From Eledone cirrhosa (lineage: Eukaryota), in NCBI GenBank assembly GCA_964016885.1, contig OZ024741.1:7254001-7318000 (forward strand): a stretch of 64,000 nt of DNA. The letters run 5' to 3'. This document shows positions 39,401 through 51,859 of the stretch, piece by piece (within the stretch, counting starts at the first letter, position 1; every line of letters starts with the position of its first letter). Below the pieces are notes generated by a model. It saw only the letters and a list, made by a program, of their open reading frames with translations, made no database searches and was not told the DNA's origin. A program made the position numbers and the translations under genes.

Positions 39401-42400
39401 GTTAGGAGTGATGGGTTCACAATGGTAAGGTGGTGTGTGGTGAAGGTCGGTGGTTTAGTGGTTAGAGGTGATGGGTTCACAATGGTAAGGTGGTGTGGTG
39501 TGAAGGTCGGTGGTTTAGTGGTTAGGGGTAATGAGTTCACAATGGTAAGGTGGTGTGTTGTGAAGGTCGGTAGTTTAGTAGTTAGGGGTGATGGGTTCAC
39601 AATGGTAAGGTGGTGTGTTGTGAAGGTCGGTGGTTTAGTGGTTAGGGGTGATGGGTTCACAATAGTGAGGTGGTGTGTTGTGAAGGTCGGTGGATTTGTG
39701 GTTAGGGGTTGGGTTCACAATGGTAAGGTGGTGTGTTGTGAAGTCGGTGGTTTAGTGGTTAGGAGTGAGGGGTTCACAATAGTAAGGTGGTGTGTTGTGA
39801 AGGTCGGTGGTTTTGTGGTTAGGGTTGATGGGTTCACAATGGTAAGGTGGTGTGTTGTGAAGGTCGGTGGTTTAGTGGTTAGGGGTGATGGGTTCAGAAT
39901 AGTAAGGTGGTGTGTTGTGAAGGTCGGTGGTTTTGTGGTTAGGGGTGATAAGTTCACAATGGTAAGGTGGTGTGTTCTGAAGGTCGGTGGTTTAGTGGTT
40001 AGGGGTGATGGGTTCACAATGGTATGATGGTGTGTTGTGAAGGTCGGTGGTTTAGTGGTTAGGGGTGATGGGTTCACAATAGTAAAGTGGTGTGTTGTGA
40101 AGGTCGGTGGTTTAGTGGTTAGGGGTGATGGGTTGACAATGGTAAGGTGGTGTGTTGTGAAGGTCGGTCGTTTAGTGGTTAGGGGTGATGGGTTCACAAT
40201 AGTAAGGTGGTGTGTTGTGAAGGTCGGTGGTTTAGTGGTTAGGGTTGATGGGTTCACAATGGTAAGGTGGTGTGTTGTGAATTCGGTGGTTTAGTGGTTA
40301 GGGGTGATGGGTTCACAATGGTAATGTCGTGTGCTGTGAAGGTCGGTGGTTTAGTGGTTAGGGTTGATGGGTTCACACTGGTAAGGTGGTGTGTTGTGAA
40401 GGTCGGTGGTTTAGTGGTTAGGGGTGATGCGTTGAGAATAGTAAGGTGGTGTTTTGTGAAGGTCGGTGGTTTAGTGGTTAGGGGAGATGGGTACACAATA
40501 GTAAGGTGGTGTGTTGTGAAGGTCGGTGGTTTAGAGGTTAGGGGTGATGGGTTCACAATGGTATGGTCGTGTGTTGTGAAGGTCGGTGGTTTAGTGGTTA
40601 GGTGTGATGGGTTCACAATGGTAAGGTGGTGTGTTGTGAAGGTCGGTGGTTTAGTGGTTAGGGGTGATGCGTTCAGAATAGTAAGGTGGTGTGTTTTGAA
40701 TGTCGGTGGTTTAGTGGTTAGGGGTGATGGGTTCACAATGGTAAGGCGGGATGTTGTGAAGGTCGGAGGTTTAGTGATTAGGGGTGATGGGTTCACAATG
40801 GTAAGGTGGTGTGTTGTGAAGGTCGGTGGTTTAGTGGTTAGGGGTGATGGGTTCACAATGGTAAGGTCGTGTGTTGTGAAGGTCGGTGGTTTAGTTGTTA
40901 GGGGTGATTGGTTCACAATGGTAAGGTGGTGTGTTGTGAAGGTCGGTGGTTTAGTGGTTAGGGGTGATGGGTTCACAATGGTAAGGTGTAGTGTTGTGAA
41001 GGTCGGTGATTTAGTGGTTAGGGGTGATGGGTTCACAATCTTAATGTGGTGTGTTGTGAAGGTCGGTAGTTTAGTGGTAAGTGGTGATGGGTTCACAATG
41101 GTATGGTCGTGTGTTGTGAAGGTCGGTTCTTTAGTGGTTAGGGGTGATGGGTTCACAATGGTATGGTCGTGTGTTGTGAAGGTCGGTTGTTTAGTGGTTA
41201 GGTGTGATGGGTTCACAATGGTAAGGTGGTGTGTTGTGAAGGTCGGTGGTTTAGTGGTTAGGGGTGATGGGTTCACAATGTTAAGGCGGGATGTTGTGAA
41301 GGTAGGTGGTTTAGTGGTTAAGGGTGATGCGTTCACAATGGTATGGTCGTGTGTTGTCGAGGTCGGTTGTTTAGTGGTCAGGTGTCATGGGTTCACAATG
41401 GTAATGTGGTGTGTTGTGAAGGTCGGTGGTTTAGTGGTTAGGAGTGATGGGTTCACAATAGTAAGGTGGTCTGTTGTGAAGGTCGGTGGTTTAGTGGTTA
41501 GGAGTGATGGGTTCACAATGGTAATGTGGTATGTTGTGAAGGTCGGTGGTTTTAGTGGTTAGGGTTGATGGGTTCACAATGGTAAGATGGTGTGTCTTGA
41601 AGGGGTGGTGGTTTAGTGGTTAGGGCTGATGGCTTCACAATGGTAAGGTTGTGTGTTGTGAAGGTCGGTGGTTTACTGGTTAGGGGTGATGGGTTCACAA
41701 TGGTAAGGTGGTGTGTTGTGAAGGTCGGTGGTTTAGTGGTTAGGAGTGAAGGGTTCAGAATAGTAAGGTGGTGTGTTGTGAAGGTCGATGGTTTAGTGGT
41801 TATGGGTGATGGGTTCACAATGGTAAGGTGGTGTGTTGTGAAGGTCGGTGGTTTAGTGGTTAGGGGAGATGGGTTCACAATAATGAGGTGGTGTGTTGTG
41901 AAGGTCGGTTGTTTTGTGGTTAGGGATGATGGGTTCACGATGGTAAGGTGGTGTGTTGTGAAGGTCGGTGGTTTAGTGGTTAGGGGTGATGGGTTCACAA
42001 TAGTGAGGTGGTGTGTTGTGAATGTCGGTGGATTTGTGGTTAGGGGTTGGGTTCACAATGGTAAGGTGGTGTGTTGTGAAGTCGGTGGTTTAGTGGTTAG
42101 GAGTGAGGGGTTCACAATAGTAAGGTGGTGTGTTGTGAAGGTCGGTGGTTTAGTGGTTAGGGGTGATGGGTTCACAATGGTATGGTGTTGTGTTGTGAAA
42201 TTTGGTGGTTTAGTGGTTAGGGGTGATGGGTTCAGAATAGTAAGGTGGTGTGTTGTGAAGGTCGGTGGTTTTGTGGTCAGGGTTGATGGGTTCACAATGG
42301 TAACGTGGTGTGTTGTGAAGGTCGGTGGTTTAGTGGTTAGGGGTGATGGGTTCACAATAGTAAGGTGGTGTGTTGTGAAGGTCGGTGGTTTAGTGGTTAA

Positions 42401-45400
42401 GGGTGATGGGTTCACAATGGTATGGTCGTGTGTTGTGAAGGTCGATAGTTTAGTTTAGTGGTGAGGGGTGATGGGTTCACAATGGTAAGGTGGTGTGTTT
42501 TGAAGGTCGGTGGTTTAGTGGTTAGGGGTGATTTGTTCACAATGGTAAGGTGGTATGTTGTGAAGGTCGGTGGTTTAGTGGTTAGGGGTGATGGGTTCAC
42601 AATAGTAAGGTGGTGTGTTGTGAAGGTCGGTGGTTTAGTGGTTAGAGGTGATGGGTTCACAATGGTAAAGTGGTGTGTTGTGAAGGTCGGTGGTTTAGTG
42701 GTTAAGGGTGATGGGTTCACAATGGTAAGGTCGTGTGCTGTGAAGCTCGGTGGTTTAGTGGTCAGGGGTGATGGGTTCACAATAGTAAGGTGGTGTGCTG
42801 TGAAGGTCGGTGGTTTAGTGGTTAAGGGTGATGGGTTCACAATGGTAAGGTCGTGTGCTGTGAAGCTCGGTGGTTTAGTGGTCAGGGGTGATGGGTTCAC
42901 AATAGTAAGGTGGTGTGCTGTGAAGGTCGGTGGTTCCGTGCTTAGGAGTGATGGGTTCACAATGGTAAGGTGGTGTGTGGTGAAGGTCGGTGGTTTAGTG
43001 GTTAGGGGTGATGGTTTCACAATGGTAAGGTGGTGTGTTGTGAAGGTCGGTGGTTTAGTGGTTAGAGGTGATGGGTTCACAATGGTAAGGTGGTGTTTTG
43101 TGAAGGTCGGTGGTTTAGTGGTTAGGGGTAATGAGTTCACAATGGTAAGGTGGTTTGTTGTGAAGGTCGGTGGTTTTGTGGTTAGGGTTGATGGGTTCAC
43201 AATGGTAAGGTGGTGTGTTGTGAAGGTCGGTGGTTTAGTGGTTACGGGTGATGGGTTCACAATAGTAAGGTGGTGTGTTGTGAAGGTTGGTGGTTTAGTG
43301 GTTAGGGGAGATGGGTTCACAATAGTAAGGTGGTGTTTTGTGAAGGTCGGTGGTTTAGTGGTTAGGAGTGATGGGTTCAAAATAGTGAGGTGGTGTCTTG
43401 TGAAGGTCGGTGGTTTAGTGGTTAGGGGAGATGGGTTCACAATCGTAAGGTGGTGTGTTATGAAGGTCGGTGGTTTAGTGGTTAGGGGAGATGGGTTCAC
43501 AATCGTAAGGTGGTGTGTTGTAAAGGTCGGTGGTTTAGTGGTTAGGGGAGATGGGTTCACAATAGTGAGGTGGTGTCCTGTGAAGGTCGGTGGTTTTGTG
43601 CTTAGTGGTGATGGGTTCACAATGGTAAGGCGGTGTGTTGTGAATGTCGGTGGTTTAGTGGTTAGGGGTGATGGGTTCAGAATAGTAAGGTGGTGTGTTG
43701 TGAAGGTCGGTGGTTTTGTGGTTAGGGGTGATGGGTTCACAATGCTATGGTCGTGTGTTGTGACGGTCGATAGTTTAGTGGTGAGGGGTGATGGGTTCAC
43801 AATGGTAAGGTGGTGTGTTCTGAAGGTCGGTGGTTTAGTGGTTAGGGGTGATGGGTTCACAATGGTATGATGGTGTGTTGTGAAGGTCGGTGGTTTAGTG
43901 GTTAGGGGTGATGGGTTTACAATATTAAAGTGGTGTGTTGTGAAGGTCGGTGGTTTAGTGGTTAGGGGTGATGGGTTCACAATAGTAAGGTGGTGTGTTG
44001 TGAAGGTCGTTGGGTTAGTGGTTAGGGTTGATGGGTTCACAATGGTAAGGTGGTGTGTTGTGAAGTCGGTGGTTTAGTGGTTAGGAGTGATGGGTTCACA
44101 ATAGTAAGGTGGTGTGTTGTGAAGGTCGGTTGTTTAGTGGTTAGGGCTGATGGCTACACAATCGTAAGGTGGTGTGTTGTGAAGGTCGGTGGTTTAGTGG
44201 TTAGGGGTGATGGGTTCACAATGGTAAGGTGGTGTGTTGTGAAGGTCGGTGGTCTAGTGGTTAGGGGTGATGGGTTCACAATGGTAAGGTGGTCCGTTGT
44301 GAAGGTCTGTGGTTTAGTGGTTAGGGGTGATGGGTTCACAATGGTTAGGTGGTGTGTTGTGAAGGTCGGTGGTTTAGTGGTTAGGGGTGATGGGTTCACA
44401 ATGGTAAGGCGGGATGTTGTGAAGGTCGGAGGTTTAGTGATTAGGGGTGATGGGTTCACAATGGTAAGGTGGTGTGTGGTGAAGGTCGGTGGTTTAGAGG
44501 TTAGGGGTGATGGTTTCACAATAGTAAGGTGGTGTGTTGTGAAGGTCGTTGGTTTAATGGTTAGGGGTGATGGGTTCACAAAGGTAAGGTGGTGTGTTGT
44601 GAAGGTCGGTGGTTCAGTGGTTAGGAGTGATGGGTTCACAATGGTAAGGTGGTGTGTTGTGAAGGTCGGTAGTTTAGTAGTTAGGGGTGATGGGTTCACA
44701 ATGGTAAGGTGGTGTGTTGTGAATGTCGGTGGTTTAGTGGTTAGGGGTGATGGGTTCACAATAGTGAGGTGGTGTGTTGTGAAGGTCTGTGGATTTGTGG
44801 TTAGGGGTTGGGTTCACAATGGTAAGGTGGTGTGTTGTGAAGTCGGTGGTTTAGTGGTTAGGAGTGAGTGGTTCACAATAGTAAGGTGGTGTGTTGTGAA
44901 GGTCGGTGGTTTAGTGGTTAGGGGTGATGGGTTCACAATGGTATGGCGTTGTGTTGTGAAAGTCGGTGGTTTAGTGGTTAGGGGTGATGGGTTCAGAATA
45001 GTAAGGTGGTGTGTTGTGAAGGTCGGTGGTTTTGTGGTTAGGGTTGATGGGTTCACAATGGTAAGGTGGTGTGTTGTGAAGGTCGGTGGTTTAGTGGTTC
45101 GGGGTGATGGGTTCACAATAGTAAGGTGGTGTGTTATGAAGGTCGGTGGTTTAGTGGTTAAGGGTGATGGGTTCACAATGGTATGGTCGTGTGTTGTGAA
45201 GGTCGCTGGTTTAGTGGTTACGGGTGATCGGTTCACAATGGTAAGGTGGTGTGTTGTGAAGGTCGGTGGTTTAGTGGTTAAGGGTGATGGGTTCACAATG
45301 GTATGGTCGTGTGTTGTGAAGGTCGATAGTTTAGTGGTGAGGGGTGATGGGTTCACAATGGTAAGGTGGTGTGTTTTGAAGGTCGGTGGTTTAGTGGTTA

Positions 45401-48400
45401 GGGGTGATTTGTTCACAATGGTAAGGTGGTGTGTTGTGAAGGTCGGTGGTTTAGTGGTTAGAGGTGATGGGTTCACAATGGTAAGGTGGTGTGTTGTGAA
45501 GGTCGATGGTTTAGTGGTTAAGGGTGATGGGTTCACACTGGTAAGGTCGTGTGCTGTGAAGCTCGGTGGTTTAGTGGTCAGGGGTGATGGGTTCACAATA
45601 GTAAGGTGGTGTGCTGTGAAGGTCGGTGGTTTAGTGGTTAGGGGTGATGGGTTCACAATGTTAAGGTGGTGTGTTGTGAAGGTCGTTCGTTTAGTGGTTA
45701 GGGGTGATGGGTTCACAATGGTAAGGTGGTGTGTTGTGAAGGTCGGTGGTTCAGTGCTTAGGAGTGATGGGTTCACAATGGTAAGGTGGTGTGTTGTGAA
45801 GGTCGGTGGTTTAGTGGTTAGGGGTGATGGGTTCACAATAGTGAGGTGGTGTGTTGTGAAGGTCGGTGGATTTGTGGTTAGGGGTTGGGTTCACAATGGT
45901 AAGGTGGTGTGTTGTGAAGTCGGTGGTTTAGTGGTTAGGAGTGAGTGGTTCACAATAGTAAGGTGGTGTGTTGTGAAGGTCGGTGGTTTAGTGGTTAGGG
46001 GTGATGGGTTCACAATGGTATGGTGTTGTGTTGTGAAAGTCGGTGGTTTAGTGGTTAGGGGTGATGGGTTCAGAATAGTAAGGTGGTGTTTGTGAAGGTC
46101 GGTGGTTTTGTGGTTAGGGTTGATGGGTTCACAATTGTAAGGTGGTGTGTTGTGAAGGTCGGTGGTTTAGTGGTTAGGGGTGATGGGTTCACAATAGTAA
46201 GGTGGTGTGTTGTGAAGGTCGGTGGTTTAGTGGTTAAGGGTGATGGGTTCACAATGGTATGGTCGTGTGTTGTGAAGGTCGCTGGTTTAGTGGTTACGGG
46301 TGATCGGTTCACAATGGTAAGGTGGTGTGTTGTGAAGGTCGGTGGTTTAGTGGTTAGGGGTGATGGGTTCACAATGCTATGGTCGTGTGTTGTGACGGTC
46401 GATAGTTTAGTGGTGAGGGGTGATGGGTTCACAATGGTAAGGTGGTGTGTTTTGAAGGTCGATGGTTTAGTGGTTAGGGGTGATTTGTTTACAATGGTAA
46501 GGTGGTGTGTTGTGAAGGTCGGTGGTTTAGTGGTTAGAGGTGATGGGTTCACAATGGTAAGGTGGTGTGTTGTGAAGGTCGGTGGTTTAGTGGTTAAGGG
46601 TGATGGGTTCACAATGGTAAGGTCGTGTGCTATGAAGCTCGGTGGTTTAGTGGTTAGGAGTGATGGGTTCACAATGGTAAGGTGGTGTGTGGTGAAGGTC
46701 GGTGGTGTAGTGGTTAGAGGTGATGGGTTCACGATGGTAAGGTGGTGTGTTGTGAAAGTCGGTGGTTTAGTGGTTAGGCGTAATGAGTTCACAATGGTAA
46801 GGTGGTGTGTTGTGAAGGTCGGTAGTTTAGTAGTTAGGGGTGATGGGTTCCCAATGGTAAGGTGGTGTGTTGTGAAGGTCGGTGGTTTAGTGGTTAGGGG
46901 TGATGGGTTCACAATAGTGAGGTGGTGTGTTGTGAAGGTCGGTGGATTTGTGGTTAGGGGTTGGGTTCACAATGGTAAGGTGGTGTGTTGTGAAGTCGGT
47001 GGTTTAGTGGTTAGGTGTGAGTGGTTCACAATAGTAAGGTGGTGTGTTGTGAAGGTCGGTGGTTTAGTGGTTAGGGGTGATGGGTTCACAATGGTATGGT
47101 GTTGTGTTGTGAAAGTCGGTGGTTTAGTGGTTAGGGGTGATGTTTCAGAATAGTAAGGTGGTGTTTGTGAAGGTCGGTGGTTTTGTGGTTAGGGTTGATG
47201 GGTTCACAATGGTAAGGTGGTGTGTTGTGAAGGTCGGTGGTTTAGTGGTTAGGGGTGATGGGTTCACAATAGTAAGGTGGTGTGTTGTGAAGGTCGGTGG
47301 TTTAGTGGTTAAGGGTGATGGGTTCACAATGGTATGGTCGTGTGTTGTGAAGGTCGATAGTTTAGTGGTGAAGGGTGATGGGTTCACAATGGTAAGGTGG
47401 TGTGTTTTGAAGGTCGATGGTTTAGTGGTTAGGGGTGATTTGTTTACAATGGTAAGGTGGTGTGTTGTGAAGGTCGGTGGTTTAGTGGTTAAGGGTGATG
47501 GGTTCACAATGGTAAGGTCGTGTGCTATGAAGCTCGGTGGTTTAGTGGTCAGGGGTGATGGGTTCACAATAGTAAGGTGGTGTGCTGTGAAGGTCGGTGG
47601 TTTAGTGGTTAGGGGTGATGGGTTCACAATGGTAAGGTGGTGTGTTGTGAAGGTCGTTCGTTTAGTGGTTAGGGGTGATCTTTTCACAATGGTAAGGTGG
47701 TGTGTTGTGAAGGTCGGTGGTTCAGTGCTTAGGAGTGATGGGTTCACAATGGTAAGGTGGTGTGTGGTGAAGATCGGTGGTTTAGTGGTTAGGGGTGATG
47801 CTTTCACAATGGTAAGGTGGTGTGTTGTGAAGGTCGGTGGTTTAGTGGTTAGAGGTGATGGGTTCACAATGGTAAGGTGGTGTTTTGTGAAGGTCGGTCG
47901 TTTAGTGGTTAGGGGTAATGAGTTCACAATGGTAAGGTGGTGTGTTGTGAAGGTCGGTAGTTTAGTAGTTAGGGGTGATGGGTTCACAATGGTAAGGTGG
48001 TGTGTTGTGAAGGTCGGTGGTTTAGTGGTTAGGGGTGATGGGTTCACAATATTGAGGTGGTGTGGTGTGAAGGTCGGTGGATTTGTGGTTAGGGGTTGGG
48101 TTCACAATGGTAAGGTTGTGTGTTGTGAAGTCGGTGGTTTAGTGGTTAGGAGTGAGGGGTTCACAAGAGTAAGGTGGTGTGTTGTGAAGGTCGGTGGTTT
48201 AGTGGTTAGGGGTGATGGGTTCACGATGGTATGGTGTTGTGTTGCGAAAGTCGGTGGTTTAGTGGTTAAGGGTGATGTGTTCAGAATAGTAAGGTGGTGT
48301 GTGGTGAAGGTCGGTGGTTTAGTGGTTAGAGGTGATGGGTTCACAATGGTAAGGTGGTGTGTGGTTAGGGGTGATGGTTTCACAATGTTAAGGTGGTGTG

Positions 48401-51400
48401 TTGTGAAGGTCGGTGGTTTAGTGGTTAGAGGTGATGGGTTCACAATGGTAAGGTGGTGTTTTGTGAAGGTCGGTGGTTTAGTGGTTAGGGGTGATGGGTT
48501 CACAATGGTATGGTGCTGTGTTGTGAAAGTCGGTGGTTTAGTGGTTAGGGGTGATGGGTTCAGAATAGTAAGGTGGTGTGTTGTGAAGGTCGGTGGTTTT
48601 GTGGTTAGGGTTGATGGGTTCACAATGGTAAGGTGGTGTGTTGTGAAGGTCGGTGGTTTAGTGGTTAGGTGAGATGGGTTCACAATAGTAAGGTGGTGTT
48701 TTTTGAAGGTCGGTGGTTTAGTGGTTAGGGGTGATGGGTTCACAATCGTAAGGTGGTGTGTTGAGAAGGTCGGTGGTTTAGTGGTTAGGGGAGATGGGTT
48801 CACAATCGTAAGGTGGTGTGTTGTAAAGGTCGGTGGTTTAGTGGTTAGGGGAGATGGGTTCACAATAGTGAGGTGGTGTCTTGTGAAGGTCGGTGGTTTT
48901 GTCGTTAGGGGTGATGGGTTCACAATGGTAAGGCGGTGTTTTGTGAATGTCGGTGGTTTAGTGGTTAGGGGTGATGGGTTCAGAATAGTAATGTGGCTTG
49001 TTGTGAAGGTCGGTGGTTTTGTGGTTAGGGGTGATGAGTTCACAATGGTAAGGTGGTGTGTTCTGAAGGTCGGTGGTTTATTGGTTAGGGGTGATGGGTT
49101 GACAATGGTAAGGTGGTGTGTTGTGAAGGTTGGTGGTTTAGTGGTTAGGGGTGATGGGTTCACAATAGTAAGGTGGTGTGTTGTGAAGGTCGGTGGTTTA
49201 GTGGTTAGGGTTGATGGGTTCACAATGGTAAGGTGGTGTGTTGTGAAGTCGGTTGTTTAGTGGTTAGGGGTGATGGGTTCACAATGGTAAGGTCGTGTGC
49301 TGTGAAGGTCGGTGGTTTAGTGGTCAGGAGTGATGGATTCACAATAGTGAGGTGGTGTGTTGTGAAGGTCGGTGGATTTGTGGTTAGTGGTTGGGTTCAC
49401 AATGGTAAGGTGGTGTGTTGTGAAGTCGGTGGTTTAGTGGTTAGGAGTGAGGGGTTCACCATAGTAAGGTGGTGTGTTCTGAAGGTCGGTGGTTTAGAGG
49501 TTAGGGGTGATGGGTTCAGAATAGTAAGGTGGTGTGTTGTGAAGGTCGGTGGTTTACTGGTTACGGTTGATGGGTTCACAATGGTAAGGTGGTGTGTTGT
49601 GAAGGTCGGTGGTTTAGTGGTTAGGGGTGATGCGTTCAGAATAGTAAGGTGGTGTGTTGTGAAGGTCGGTGGTCTAGTGGTTAGGGGTGATGGGTTCACA
49701 ATGGTAAGGCGGGATGTTGTGAAGGTCGGTGGTTTAGTGGTTAGGGGTGATGGGTTCACAATGGTAAGGTCGTGTGTTGTGAAGGTCGGTGGTTTAGTTG
49801 TTAGGGGTGATTGGTTCACAATGGTAAGGTGGTGTGTTGTGAAGGTCGGTGGTTTAGTGTTTAGGTGTGATGGGTTCACAATGGTAAGGTGGTGTGGTGT
49901 GAAGGTCGGTGATTTAGTGGTTAGGGGTGATGGGTTCACAATGGTAATGTGGTGTGTTGTGAAGGTCGGTAGTTTAGTGGTTAGTGGTGATGGGTTCACA
50001 ATGGTATGGTCGTGTGCTGTGAAGGTCGGTTGTTTAGTGGTTAGGGGTGATGGGTTCACAATGGTATGGTCGTGTGTTGTGAAGGTCGGTTGTTTAGTGG
50101 TTAGGTGTGATGGGTTCATAATGGTAAGGTGGTGTGTGGTGAAGGTCGGTGGTTTAGTGGTTAGAGGTGATGGGTTCACGATGGTAAGGTGGTGTGTTGT
50201 GAAGGTCGGTGGTTTAGTGGTTAGGGGTAATGAGTTCACAATGTTAAGGTGGTGTGTTGTGAAGGTCGGTAGTTTAGTAGTTAGGGGTGATGGGTTCACA
50301 ATAGTAAGGTGGTGTGTTGTGAAGGTCGGTGGTCTAGTGGTTAGGGGTGATGGGTTCACAATAGTGAGGTGGTGTCTTGTGAAGGTCGGTGGATTTGTGG
50401 TTAGGGGTTGGGTTCACAATGGTAAGGTGGTGTGTTGTGAAGTCGGTGGTTTAGTGGTTAGGAGTGAGGGGTTCACAATAGTAAGGTGGTGTGTTGTGAA
50501 GGTCGGTGGTTTAGTGGTTAAGGGTGATGGGTTCAAAATGGTAAGGTCGTGTGCTGTGAAGCTCGGTGGTTTAGTGGTCAGGGGTGATGGGTTCACAATG
50601 GTAAGGTGGTGTGTTGTGAAGGTCGGTGGTTCAGTGCTTAGGAGTGATGGGTTCACAATGGTAAGGTGGTGTGTTTTGAAGTCGGTGATTTAGTGGTTAG
50701 GAGTGAGGGGTTCACAATAGTAAGGTAGTGTGCTGTGAAGGTCGGTGGTTTAGTGGTTAGGGGTGATGGGTTCACAATGATATGGTGTTGTGTTATGAAA
50801 GTCGGCGGTTTAGTGGTTAGGGGTGATGGGTTCAGAATAGTAAGATGGTGTGTTGTGAAGGTCGGTGGTTTTGTGGTTAGGGTTGATGGGTTCACAATGG
50901 TAAGGTGGTGTGTTGTGAAGGTCGGTGGTTTAGTGGTTAGGGTTGATGGGTTCACAATAGTAAGGTGGTGTGTTGTGAAGGTCGGTGGTTTAGTGGTTAG
51001 GGGAGATGGGTTCACAATAGTAAGGTGGTGTTTTGTGAAGGTCGGTGGTTTAGTGGTTAGGGGTGATGGGTTCAAAATAGTGAGGTGGTGTCTTGTGAAG
51101 GTCGGTGGTTTAGTGGTTAGGGGAGATGGGTTCACAATCGTAAGGTGGTGTGTCGTGAAGGTCGGTGGTTTAGTGGTTAGGGGTGATGGGTTTACAATCG
51201 TAAGGTGGTGTGTTCTAAAGGTCGGTGGTTTAGTGGTTAGGGGAGATGGGTTCACAATAGTAAGGTGGTGTGTTGTGAAGGTCGGTGGTTTAGTGGTTAG
51301 GGGTGATGGGTTCACAATGGTAAGGCGGGATGTTGTGAAGGTCGGAGGTTTAGTGATTAGGGGTGATTGGTTCAAAATGGTAAGGTGGTGTGTTGTGAAG

Positions 51401-51859
51401 GTCGGTTGTTTAGTGGTTAGGTGTGATGGGTTCACAATGGTAATGTGGTGTGTTGTGAAGGTCGGTTGTTTAGTGGTTAGGGGTGATGGGTTCACAATGG
51501 TATGGTCGTGTGTTGTGAAGGTCGGTTGTTTAGTGGTTAGGTGTGATGGGTTCACAATGGTAAGGTGGTGTGTGGTGAAGGTCGGTGGTTTAGTGGTTAG
51601 AGGTGATGGGTTCACGATGGTAAGGTGGTGTGTTGTGAAGGTCGGTGGTTTAGTGGTTAGGGGTAATGAGTTCACAATGGTAAGGTGGTGTGTTGTGAAG
51701 GTCGGTAGTTTAGTAGTTAGGGGTGATGGGTTCACAATGGTAAGGTGGTGTGTTGTGAAGGTCGGTGGTTTAGTGGTTAGGGGTGATGGGTTTACAATAG
51801 TGAGGTGGTGTGTTGTGAAGGTCGGTGGATTTGTAGTAAGGGGTTGGGTTCACAATAGT

